Shown one piece after another: positions 29,999 to 39,171 of a stretch of 64,000 nt of DNA (the stretch's first letter is position 1; each line of letters begins with the position of its first letter). Source of the DNA: Thermoanaerobaculia bacterium (lineage in GTDB: Bacteria > Acidobacteriota > Thermoanaerobaculia > Multivoradales > Multivoraceae); assembly GCA_963664405.1 (NCBI GenBank), contig OY761158.1, positions 3,776,001 through 3,840,000 of the forward strand, given 5' to 3'. The position numbers were made by a program, and so were the translations under genes. The notes beneath the pieces were generated by a model that did not search any database, had not been told where the DNA came from, and saw nothing but the letters and a program-made list of their open reading frames with translations.

Positions 29999-31174
29999 CT
30001 AGCCTAAAGCCGAGAGCGCTTCCCCGAATCGCGAACACGTGACGAACACCGCCTCCTCCGCCTGAGGATGGCGTTCGTAGAACCTCTCGAGTGCCTGACG
30101 GTGGCGATCGAGGGGCTCGGCCCAGCTGACTTGAACTGGCACGATCTGCCCGTTCACGCGTACCACGAAGTCGACCTCTCCCTGCTCCCGCCAGTAGAAC
30201 ACCTCGCCATGCCGACGCCGCAGTGCCAGATAGGTGGCGCACTCGAGCGACTTGCCGCGATCGGCGCCGCCGTGCGTCGAGACCACCCGACGCAGCCCGG
30301 TATCGATCGGGTAGTACTTGCGGTTCCGACTCGCCCGCTTCCGCTCCGAAAACGTGAAGTACGGGCACGCAAAGAGGAGGTATGCCGCCTCGCAGGCTTC
30401 CAGGTAGCTCCCGGCGGTGTCGGTCGCGATTCCGGTGGCCCCCGCAACGCGCCGGAGGCTCAGCTCCGAGCCGGCCGACTCGTACGCCATCTGTACCACC
30501 TGCCGGATCGCCGCGCTCGACCGGGCACCGATGCGCTCCCGAACGTCACGCTCCACGATGTCGTGGAAGTACTGGCGCCGGAGCCGGTCCCCGTCTGCCA
30601 TGGCGAGCGGCTCCGGGAAACCCCCGTCCGACAGGTAGTCGTCGAGCGTCGCGTCCGGATTGCTCCGACGCATCTCGTCGAGATCGAAGGGAAAGAGCTC
30701 CACGGTGAGATGACGACCCGTGAGGACGGAGGACAGCTCGCCCGAGAGCAACCGCGCGTTCGAACCAGTAATCACGAAGACGTTTCCACGAGGACGATCG
30801 AGCTGGGCCCGCAGCCAGCGCTGCCAACCCTCCACACCCTGGATCTCGTCGAGGAAGAAGTAGAGGGTCTCCGTGTTCTCGTGTCGCTCGCGAAACCGCG
30901 CCACGAGCCGATCCAGGGTGACGTAGGACTGCGCCCCGGACAAACGCGGGTCCTCGAAGTTCAAGAACGCGCAGTGCTCCGGGTCGAGCCGGTAGTAGTC
31001 GATCAGCTGCTGCAAGAGAGTGGACTTCCCGCAGCGCCTCACACCCTGGATGGCGAGACAGAGCGAGTCGCGTAGTGCGAGGGGCAAGTCGATGTCGCGC
31101 GGTACGGACGTGGGCACCTGGCGGTCCCAGAAGCTCCAGGTGCTGGCGATTTCGAGGATGTCGAGATCAACCAT
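29999..31174 (-). CDS. AAA_14 / DUF4143 ATP-binding protein
   Basis: GVRRCGKST, NFEDPRL, FFLDEIQ, ITGSNA, GGFPE, KYYPIDTG, EVDFV. Confidence 0.92.
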   Translation of the reverse strand: MVDLDILEIASTWSFWDRQVPTSVPRDIDLPLALRDSLCLAIQGVRRCGKSTLLQQLIDYYRLDPEHCAFLNFEDPRLSGAQSYVTLDRLVARFRERHENTETLYFFLDEIQGVEGWQRWLRAQLDRPRGNVFVITGSNARLLSGELSSVLTGRHLTVELFPFDLDEMRRSNPDATLDDYLSDGGFPEPLAMADGDRLRRQYFHDIVERDVRERIGARSSAAIRQVVQMAYESAGSELSLRRVAGATGIATDTAGSYLEACEAAYLLFACPYFTFSERKRASRNRKYYPIDTGLRRVVSTHGGADRGKSLECATYLALRRRHGEVFYWREQGEVDFVVRVNGQIVPVQVSWAEPLDRHRQALERFYERHPQAEEAVFVTCSRFGEALSALG

Positions 31175-31473
31175 AGCGTCGATCGTACTCGACGGTCCAG
31201 CTCTTGTCGAGTACGATCGACAGCCTCTCGGGCGGCGAACACACTCGCCGGCTCGACAACCGACGCTTACGGGCACACACGGCGGCCGCAGGGCCGGGCG
31301 AGCTGTAACCAACAACCTCGCTGCAGTTGGCAGAGCGCAATGCCTCGGATCGCAAGCGTTTCAGTCCCCTCGCCCGGCCGCCGTACAATCGGCCTTGCCG
31401 CGACAACGGAGCCGCCGCCGCGCGAGAGGGCAGAATCGATGAATCGCGAGTCGCTTCTCGTAGGGAACACGCC

Positions 31474-31869
31474 ATGATGGCAAGAATCGGGAAACCCAAC
31501 CTCAAGATGCAGGCCTGGATCGATGCGCGGAAGCGTCATCGACTTTCCCATGCTCAGGTCCAGATGGCGCGCGAGCTGGGCATGAACCCGCGCAAGCTCG
31601 GCAAACTGGACAACCACGACCAGGAGCCGTGGAAGATGCCGCTTCCCAACTACCTCGAACACCTCTACCAGAAACGCTTCGGCAGGGAGCGCCCGGAGGT
31701 CATACTTTCGATCGAGGAGAAGATCCGCCGCGACGAAGCGAAGAAGGCCCGGAGGAGGGAAGGCAAGGTAAAGAGGCGACGAGCGAACGAGGATGGTCGG
31801 AAACCCGATGACCGACGAGTCTCCGGTCTCATCCGACCGGGCTCACCCGAGGAGCCGCGTCGTGAGTGA
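31474..31869 (+). CDS. small basic hypothetical protein
   Basis: W..ARKRHRLS...VQMARELGMNPRKLGKL.NH.QEPWK.PL..Y.E.LY.KRFG pattern; RBS-like AGGGA. Confidence 0.75.
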   Translation: MMARIGKPNLKMQAWIDARKRHRLSHAQVQMARELGMNPRKLGKLDNHDQEPWKMPLPNYLEHLYQKRFGRERPEVILSIEEKIRRDEAKKARRREGKVKRRRANEDGRKPDDRRVSGLIRPGSPEEPRRE

Positions 31870-34264
31870 AGCGAGCCTGGAAGCGATCGCCGACATCCTC
31901 GCCCGGATCGGCGCCCGCGACGTCTTCAGCGCCCGGCGGACGGCGGACGTGGACGATGTCCATCTGGAGGTGAAGGGCGTCGGAGAGCTCGGCTTCCCGG
32001 TGTCCGGAGCCCAGGCAAGGGCGCTGCGCCGCATCGCTCGTCCGGCCCACTACGGCAAGGGTGAGGAGACCCTTCTCGATCCCGAGGTGCGCGACACCTG
32101 GAAGGTCGCCAAGAACCGGGTGAGGATCGACCGGCGGTGGTGGAACCGGACGCTGCTGCCGGTGCTCGAGGCCCTCCGCTCGGAGCTGGGTCTGCCCGAC
32201 GGCACCAGGTTGAAGGCCGAGCTCCACGCCATGCTGCTCTACGGTCCGGGTCAGTTCTTCGCTCCCCACCAGGACTCGGAGAAGTCGGACGACATGGTCG
32301 GTACCCTGGTAGTCCTCCTTCCTTCTTCGTTCCGCGGCGGCTCCCTGATCGTCGAGCACCGGGGCGAGACGGTCACCTATCGCGGATCGAAGACGAAGCT
32401 GACGTTGGTTGCGTTCTACGCAGACTGCCGGCACGAGGTGAGACCGGTCCGATCCGGGTTCCGGATCGCTCTGACTTACAATCTGATGCTCGCCGGCGGA
32501 TCCCGGGAGCCGGGAGCACTCGAGGGAGAGCTCGACCCAGCCATCGTCGGTTCTCTGAGCCGACGCCTCCGCGAGCACTTCGAGACACCGCCGCCCGCGC
32601 GCCGATACGCGCTTCGCGAAGCAGGTGCGTACCGCCCGCCGCCGAGCCGGTTGGTCTACCTCCTCGACCACCAGTACACCCCGCGGGGCCTCGCCTGGCA
32701 TCGTCTCAAGGGAAGCGACCGGGTCCGCGCGGCGGCGCTTCGCGAGGCGGCCGAGCGAGCCGACTGCGAGCTCGTCCTGGCGTTGGCCGAGGTCGAGGAG
32801 AAGTGGAGCTGTTTCGAGCCGGGTTGGGACGACCGCTGGCGGCGGCGGCACCGTTCCTGGGTGCGCGACGAAGATGAGATCTGGATCGAGGACGACCCGA
32901 TCGTGGACGATCCGAGCAGCTACGAGCTCGAAGAGCTCCTGGACTGGGGGATCACCCTCGAGTCCTGGATCGATCCCACAGGGACGAAGGCCGACCCGAT
33001 CGCCACCGCGGTCTCCGAGGACGAGGTCTGCTCGACGACACCGTCCTCGGAGCTCGAGGCCTATGCCTCCGAGTACGAGGGCTACATGGGCAACTACGGC
33101 AACACCATGGACCGCTGGTATCGCCGAGCAGCGGTCGTCCTCTGGCCCAGGGAGCGCTCTTTCGCCGTGCACGCCGAGGCGGCGCCAGCGTGGGCCGTGT
33201 GCGAGCTGCAGGAGCGGCTTCGAAACGACGGGCTGGCCGAGGCGCGCGAGTTGGCTGCGACCCTGGCCCCCTTCTGGGAGACCGCCGTCGGCCGAGTCGA
33301 GGCCGCCGGCTTCCTTCTCGAGGTCGCGAGGGTGGCCGAAGGGCTCGACGATGCCGATCTCGCGAAGACCCTCCTGCGGCCCTTCTGGTTGGAGCAGCTG
33401 TCACCCCGCAGCGCCCGAGCGCTCCTGCGGCTCGTCGGACGCTACGGCGAGAACTGGTGGAAGGAGCTTCTCGCCGCATGGTCCGCGTCGGATTTCCGTC
33501 GAGGTCTGCGAACACGACCCGACGAGCTACGGTGGATCGCCTCGATCCCTCGTCTCTGCCGAGCTCTGGTCGCGGTCTCGGACCCGGACGCGACCGACAG
33601 CGAGCCGACCGGAGTCAGAGTCGCTCGCATCCTCCTGCAGAACCGGTGGGCACTTCTGAAAGAGGAAGTGCGGAGTGCGGTCCGAACGCGGCCGCCGAGT
33701 CGGCGGGAGAAGGCTGCGGCCAGGCTCGCGAGTCCGATTCGGGGAATCCTCGCCGCGTCGCAAACCGCTGCAGCGACTGGTGTGGGGGACGCTGTGGTAG
33801 CGGCCTTTCGTGAGCACGACGACGACGCGCTGCTCTCGTGTCTCGTCCGCGTCCTTCGCGATTCAGTGGGCAAGGGCGAGGCGGGGGCCGGGACCTCACC
33901 GCCGCTCGCCGAGCTCCGCGACCATGCCGTTGAAACCCTGAGGGCTCGGCTCGAGCGTCCCGAGCGGGCCGACACCGACTGGTCGCTCCCGCTCCCGCCG
34001 GGCTGCGACTGCAAGCTGTGCGCCGAGCTCGAGAGCTTCCTAGCGGATGCGGACCGCGTACGCTTCGAGTGGACGATCAACAAGCAACGCCGTCAGCACG
34101 TCCACCGGAGAATCGACGACGACGGGATTCCAGTGCGCCACCAGACGCGACGCTCGGGCAGTCCCTACATCCTGGTGCTCGAGAAGAGGAAAGAGCTCTT
34201 CGAGAGCGAGGTCAACCAGCGCCGGTCCTGGCGAGCCGAGTTGGAGTGGCTCACCCGGAGCTGA
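31793..34264 (+). CDS. large 2OG-Fe(II) oxygenase-domain protein (start uncertain: 31793/31808/31862)
   Basis: FFAPHQDSEK (HxD), YADCRHEV, GFRIALTYNL; YMGN motif; C-terminal CDCKLC. Confidence 0.88.
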   Translation: MVGNPMTDESPVSSDRAHPRSRVVSEASLEAIADILARIGARDVFSARRTADVDDVHLEVKGVGELGFPVSGAQARALRRIARPAHYGKGEETLLDPEVRDTWKVAKNRVRIDRRWWNRTLLPVLEALRSELGLPDGTRLKAELHAMLLYGPGQFFAPHQDSEKSDDMVGTLVVLLPSSFRGGSLIVEHRGETVTYRGSKTKLTLVAFYADCRHEVRPVRSGFRIALTYNLMLAGGSREPGALEGELDPAIVGSLSRRLREHFETPPPARRYALREAGAYRPPPSRLVYLLDHQYTPRGLAWHRLKGSDRVRAAALREAAERADCELVLALAEVEEKWSCFEPGWDDRWRRRHRSWVRDEDEIWIEDDPIVDDPSSYELEELLDWGITLESWIDPTGTKADPIATAVSEDEVCSTTPSSELEAYASEYEGYMGNYGNTMDRWYRRAAVVLWPRERSFAVHAEAAPAWAVCELQERLRNDGLAEARELAATLAPFWETAVGRVEAAGFLLEVARVAEGLDDADLAKTLLRPFWLEQLSPRSARALLRLVGRYGENWWKELLAAWSASDFRRGLRTRPDELRWIASIPRLCRALVAVSDPDATDSEPTGVRVARILLQNRWALLKEEVRSAVRTRPPSRREKAAARLASPIRGILAASQTAAATGVGDAVVAAFREHDDDALLSCLVRVLRDSVGKGEAGAGTSPPLAELRDHAVETLRARLERPERADTDWSLPLPPGCDCKLCAELESFLADADRVRFEWTINKQRRQHVHRRIDDDGIPVRHQTRRSGSPYILVLEKRKELFESEVNQRRSWRAELEWLTRS

Positions 34265-34339
34265 TGCACAGTCTTGGCCAATTGCAGAACCTCCCGCAGC
34301 ACCCTGCCTTATCCATGGGTTTCTGCTGTAGTTTCTGCG

Positions 34340-34545
34340 CTCCGTCGCAATCTACTCGGTGACGATGCCCGCGGAGCCACGTGTGTTGGCGACGGCCTGA
34401 GCATCTGACCCCTTAGGGTGCTCCTTAGTCGCACCTCCGGGTAGTAGCCGATGACTCTCTTCAGGTATCGGAGAAAGCGGCGCTTAAAGTGCCGCGGGTT
34501 CCTGTAGGCACAGCCGAAGTGGAGCTGAAGCGAGTCCCAGGGAAA
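34340..34545 (-). pseudogene. plasmid replication initiator RepA C-terminal remnant (IncW-like RepA_C)
   Basis: PWDSLQLHFGCAY...RHFKRRFLRYLKRV..YYPEVR.....G.MLRPSPTHV resembles RepA_C ends; next to attR. Confidence 0.6.
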
Positions 34546-35248
34546 CGCTTGCTCGTACCAAAGGCTTAGGATGACGACCGCGGCCCCGGCGGTCACGCCT
34601 GCGACGCGAAAAGTTTTTCTGCCCAGGGTCACCTCCGGCTGAGCGGCTAGTGACACCGAGATGGATAGGGCGACAGCCAAGATCAGGATCGAGGCTTTGA
34701 TTGCTCGCCTCACGGCAAGACCCCTCCCACGATGACCCCCTGTCCCTACTAGAGCCTCGAAGGGTCCGATAACTGACAAGATCTCCGAGAAGACAGTGTC
34801 TTTGAAGCCGAGAACCCCTGATGAGGAGCGCGGGAAGTAGGGGAGAAAGGGCGGCTGCAAGGTCGACGAGGCGGCCCCGCTTCTTGTCCACCGTTTTGCC
34901 GATCAGCTGCTCTTCGGCCCTCGGGGCTTTCGCCGAGCTCACCACTCTCGCAGTCCGGCTCCAGCATTGTTTTGCCTGAGCCTCGCGACGTCGGGATCCC
35001 TGGGAGCGGAGGATCGCCGTTTCGTGCGAGACGATCCCCAAAGTGGTGCTGGACTTCGGCACCACTTCCGAAAGGCTTCTGAGCAACGGTGTCTCTACGC
35101 TTCGCCGTGCCGTGGCACAATTCTGGCACACTAACGCCCGAGAATCGCCAACAGAGCGCGACAAAGCTCAACGAGACTGCCGACCCTAAGCTGTTGAATC
35201 CATTTCGGTTATCGGTTGTACCCTACTGTGGGTGATTGGGCTCGGCCC

Positions 35249-35311
35249 GTCTTGAAAACCGGCGACCGTTAACGCGGTCCGTGGGTTCGAATCCCACCCC
35301 CTCCGCCATTA
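35249..35311 (+). repeat. attR: duplicated 3' half of tRNA-Ser(UGA)
   Basis: 63-bp identity to 18791-18853. Confidence 0.95.
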
Positions 35312-35325
35312 CTACAATAGAATCA

Positions 35326-35514
35326 GTCACTTGAGAGGGCTCTAGCTCGATCCAGTCGAGCTCGCCGGCCGTGCCTCTCCCCTCAGCGCTGGCGCCATCG
35401 GCCTTCGAGCATCAGGCCGCGCTCATCAACCCGCGTCCGGCGGGCTCCGGCGCCGGTACAGGATCGCGATCGTGGTGGCGCCGAAGATGAGAACCAGCAC
35501 CAGCATCGTTCCGC
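35326..35514. repeat. ~190-bp imperfect direct repeat, copy 1 (copy 2 at 37489-37681)
   Basis: alignment by eye: ..ttgag.gggctctag..gccggccgtgcct..tcatcaacccgcgtccggcggg..cagcatcgttccgc. Confidence 0.85.
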
Positions 35515-35724
35515 TGAAAGGGCAAGGAATGCTGAGTGGGGAGATAGCGAGACGGTTTGAAAGGTACAGAGGGATCGCAGTCGAAGGCATTGCACTGTGC
35601 ATCGTGCCTCGTGGAAGCTTTCGCGGCGTAACGAACCTCGAGGACCTGACAGCAATGTCAGATTAAGCAAACTTCGATATCACTAACATTCTAGTATGAT
35701 CATTAGGAAAGGTCTGTATTGCTT

Positions 35725-37167
35725 ATGTACGACATACCCAGGAGTCAGGTCCTCCACCGAATCCGGCTGGAGAACCCCTGGTGGCAGGCGCCCTATGAGA
35801 TCCCCGAGTTGATCTCAAGGTTGACGCCGCGACCATATTTGGATCTCTTTCAGCCACTCGTGACCAATAGGGACGTGCGTCGTGCTGTCGTCCTCATGGG
35901 GCCGCGTCGCGTCGGCAAGACCGTCCTTCTCCATCACTGTATCCGGGCGCTGCTCAACCAGAATGTCCGCCCGTCCCACATCTGCTACCTCTCGATTGAC
36001 AACCCCGTGTACAACAAGCTCTCACTGGAGGCGCTGCTCTCCCTCTATGGACACGCTGTCAATTTGCCTGTGACCAAGGAGTCCGTCTACATCTTCTTCG
36101 ACGAGATTCAGTATCTGCCGGACTGGGAGCGCCACCTTAAGTCCCTTGTGGACAGCTTCCCTGGTATCAAGTGCATCGCCTCCGGTTCAGCAGCAGCCGC
36201 GCTGCGCCTTAAGAGCACCGAGTCCGGCGCCGGCCGGCTTACCGACTTTCTGCTGCCTCCCTTGACCTTCTACGAGTATCTCTTGCTGCTAGATCGAAAA
36301 GATCTTGTGCGCGAGGAGGAAAGGGAGGGAAAGCGTTGGTACTCGACTGACGACATCGATGCTCTCAACGACGAGTTCGAGAGCTACCTCAACTTTGGAG
36401 GCTACCCGGAGGCCGCCTTCTCGGAGGAAATCCAGAAGAATCCTGGCATCTTCATCAAGAGCGACATCGTCGATAAGGTCCTCCTGCGGGACTTACCTTC
36501 GCTTTACGGCATCACAAACGTTCAGGAGCTGAACTCGCTCTTCACGTCCCTGGCCTTCAACTCCTCCGGCGAGGTCTCCCTCGAAAACCTGTGTCAGGGG
36601 TCTGGTATCGCGAAGCCAACAATCTCAAAGTACATCGAATACCTAGAAGCAGCCTTCCTGCTGCGTGTCGTCCGACGGGTCGACGAGAATGCCCGGCGAT
36701 TCCAGCGCCAACGCAACTTCAAGGTCTACCTCTCAAACCCGTCAATTCGGACAGCTCTTTTCGGGACGCTCGGGCAGGATGATGAGGAGTTCGGGTCGTT
36801 CGTGGAAACAGGCGTGTTCGCCCAATGGTTCCATTCTCCTCCGCCCTTGCTGTTGCACTACGCACGTTGGAGCAAGGGGGAGATCGACATTCTCCGCATC
36901 CACCCCGACCAGACAATCGACCGCGCGGTCGAAGTGAAGTGGAGCGATCGCTACGTCACCCGCGAAAAGGAACTCGCCGAAGCGATACAGTTCTGCAGCC
37001 AGAACAACGTTTCGCGACTAGTCGTGACGACTAGGACCAAGGTCCGGCGAACAAAGATTAGCAACGTCGAACTGCATTTCTGGCCCGCCGCACTTTATAC
37101 CTATGCCGTGGGCCTCGATGCTATTGACCGTCTCTCCCGAAGTGACCAAGTTCCTAGGGAGTTTTAG
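35725..37167 (+). CDS. AAA_14 / DUF4143 ATP-binding protein
   Basis: NPWW, GPRRVGKT, FFDEIQY, SGSAAAAL, ESGAGR, FGGYPE, EIDI, EVKW. Confidence 0.92.
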   Translation: MYDIPRSQVLHRIRLENPWWQAPYEIPELISRLTPRPYLDLFQPLVTNRDVRRAVVLMGPRRVGKTVLLHHCIRALLNQNVRPSHICYLSIDNPVYNKLSLEALLSLYGHAVNLPVTKESVYIFFDEIQYLPDWERHLKSLVDSFPGIKCIASGSAAAALRLKSTESGAGRLTDFLLPPLTFYEYLLLLDRKDLVREEEREGKRWYSTDDIDALNDEFESYLNFGGYPEAAFSEEIQKNPGIFIKSDIVDKVLLRDLPSLYGITNVQELNSLFTSLAFNSSGEVSLENLCQGSGIAKPTISKYIEYLEAAFLLRVVRRVDENARRFQRQRNFKVYLSNPSIRTALFGTLGQDDEEFGSFVETGVFAQWFHSPPPLLLHYARWSKGEIDILRIHPDQTIDRAVEVKWSDRYVTREKELAEAIQFCSQNNVSRLVVTTRTKVRRTKISNVELHFWPAALYTYAVGLDAIDRLSRSDQVPREF

Positions 37168-37454
37168 TCAGAGCGACTGACTCGGCGGTTGTGGTCGAAG
37201 GCCCGAGCTTCTGGGCGTGCCGTCAGAGCAGAAGACCGCATTCGCGGATCTGTCCGGCGATGACGACAACGACGATGATGATGACGGCGACGACCGGGCG
37301 CGCAGGGCCACGTTCCATCTCCAGATCTGTGGCCCTCACGCAACTCGATGGAGACGGCGGAAGTACCGGACTCTGAGATCCGGGCCTAACTGCCTGATCC
37401 TGATGTAGTTGCTGCTCGCCTCGCGGTGAATCGCGGTGGCTGATAGCGCCCTGG

Positions 37455-37491
37455 CCGGATTGAAAACCGGCGTCGGTTCACGCCGACCGTG
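37455..37491 (+). other. degenerate tRNA-Ser(UGA) fragment (older att remnant)
   Basis: ccgg-attgaaa-accgg anticodon arm plus gtcgg-ttcacg-ccgac variable arm. Confidence 0.65.
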
Positions 37492-37592
37492 ACTTGAGGG
37501 GGCTCTAGTTGGATCCAGCCGAACTCGCCGGCCGTGCCTTTTCCCCTCGTCAGCGCTGGCGCGATCGGCCTTCGCGCATCAGGTCGCGCTCA

Positions 37593-37772
37593 TCAACCCG
37601 CGTCCGGCGGGCTCCGACGCCGGTACAGGATCGCGATCGCGGTGGCGCCGAAGATGAGGATCAGCACCAGCATCGTTCCGCCGGAGAGGGTCGGGATCTC
37701 CGGTACGCCCCCGCCGGACGTCGGAGTGACCGTCGGCGTGGGGGTGATCGTCGGTGTGGGGATGATCGTCGG
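37593..37772 (-). pseudogene. 3' end of an IPTL-CTERM surface protein, cut by IS3
   Basis: PT-rich linker, then EIPTLSGGTMLVLILIFGATAIAILYRRR (IPTL + TM helix + Arg cluster). Confidence 0.75.
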
Positions 37773-38677
37773 TGAGCCGTAGCGGGCTTGGTGGACCGAG
37801 ATTGGCCTGAGAATGGGCCGAGGAGGTGTTCGAATGAGTTCGAAGCGACGGCGATTCGATCGAGAGTTCAAGACTCAGGCAGTTCGTCTGGCGAGCGAAG
37901 AGGGGCAGAGCGGAGCTGCTTCGTCGCTGGAAGAGGGTCTTCGCCGAGGAAGGAGCGCGTGCGTTTCCGGGCGAGGGGCGCGCTCGTGACGAGGACATGG
38001 CTCGCCTGCGTCGAGACCTTCGTCGGGTGACAGAAGAGCTCGACATTCTAAAAAAAGCGGTGGCGATCTTCTCGGAGCGCCGGCGATGAAGTTCCGGTTC
38101 ATTCATGAGCACGTCCAGGAGTTCTCGGTGCGCGTGATGTGTCGGGTCCTTGCCGTGTCGCGAAGCGGCTACTACGCCTGGTGTTCTCGCCCTGAGAGCA
38201 CCCGGAGCCGGGAGGATCGCCGTCTGCTTGCCAAGATCCGTGCTTTCCACCATCGAAGCCGTGGCAGCTACGGTTCGTCGAGGATTCATGCCGATCTGCG
38301 CGAGGATGGAGAGAGCTGCGGTCGGCACCGTGTAGCTCGGCTGATGCGCGACGATGGGCTCGCCGGCAAGAAAGCCCGGCGGTTCAAGACGACAACGGAC
38401 TCGGAGAATTCGGATCCGGTTGCCCCGAACCTGTTGGCGCAAGACTTCTTCGTTGCGACCCCCGACACCGTTTGGGCGGGCGATATCACCTATCTGCGAA
38501 CCCGCGAAGGATGGCTCTATCTGGCGGTGTTGCTGGATCTGTACTCGCGCTTCGTTGTGGGTTGGTCGCTGTCATCGAGCTTGGATCGTTCGCTCCCCCT
38601 TGAAGCACTCGAGAACGCTGTTCGCCGGCGTCGACCCGGCCGAGGTCTCCTGCATCACTCGGATCGCGGGAGTCAAA
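37773..38677 (+). mobile_element. IS3-family element, 5' part (degenerate orfA 37834-38089; orfB from 38086, broken at HHSDRGSQ)
   Basis: left IR TGAGCCGTAGCGGGCTTGGTGGACC; RRFDREFK.QAV, LKKA; VSRSGYYAW, WAGDITY, LAVLLDLYSR. Confidence 0.9.
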
Positions 38678-38755
38678 CTTGGGTTCAAGGGGTCGTCGCA
38701 ACGTTGCCTTGGTGAGCAGAGTGTACAAACTCATCGAAGACTTCGGCAGGGGTTC
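38678..38755 (-). mobile_element. isolated ~78-bp IS30 right-end fragment
   Basis: near-identical to 39170-39247. Confidence 0.85.
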
Positions 38756-39169
38756 TGAGCGGTCACGGTTTCGTGGACACCAAGTTAAGCCCCATCGGGG
38801 CAGTTCCTATTCTGCATCAGTTCGGGTAGTCAGCTTCGGACGAGGCTGTGCGAGGTTCGGGGAGCGCAGCCTCCCTTCGGATCCGACCGCCGGTCGCGCG
38901 TGAGTTCACGCTGCCCCTTCGAAGGCCTCGGGGCTCAGGAATCCGAGCGTCGAATGCTGGCGTCTCAGGTTGTAGAACACTTCGAGGTAAGAAACCGCTT
39001 CGTCGTGAGCTCGCTGACGAGTCTCGAAGGGTCGGTCCCAGACCTCGGTCTTGAGACTGTCGAAGAAGCTCTCCAAGACCGCATTGTCATAACAATTTCC
39101 GACGCCGGACATGCTGCAGCGAAACCGCAGCTCAGCCAGCCGATCCTGGTAAGCCTTCGAGGCGTACTG
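38756..39169 (-). mobile_element. IS3-family 3' part, inverted
   Basis: QYASKAY..SMSGVGNCYDNAVLESFF..LKTE..FYNLRRQHSTLGFLSP; terminal IR TGAGCGGTCACGGTTTCGTGGACAC. Confidence 0.88.
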
Positions 39170-39171
39170 CT

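Larger units (their letters stand above)
18791..35311. mobile_element. decayed integrative (mobilizable) element inserted in tRNA-Ser(UGA), ~16.5 kb
   Basis: 63-bp direct repeat of the tRNA 3' half (18791-18853, 35249-35311); integrase adjacent to attL; paired TGGCACA arm-like sites at both ends. Confidence 0.92.

Noticed and set aside
34309-34860. 183-aa ORF as a single real gene
   Set aside because: Appears to be a chance in-frame fusion of a secreted-protein start and a RepA C-terminal relic.
35249-35311. Second tRNA-Ser gene
   Set aside because: Lacks the 5' acceptor strand and D-arm; it is attR.
37255-37295. GAT/GAC-rich run encoding poly-Asp
   Set aside because: Short low-complexity fragment with no supported gene.
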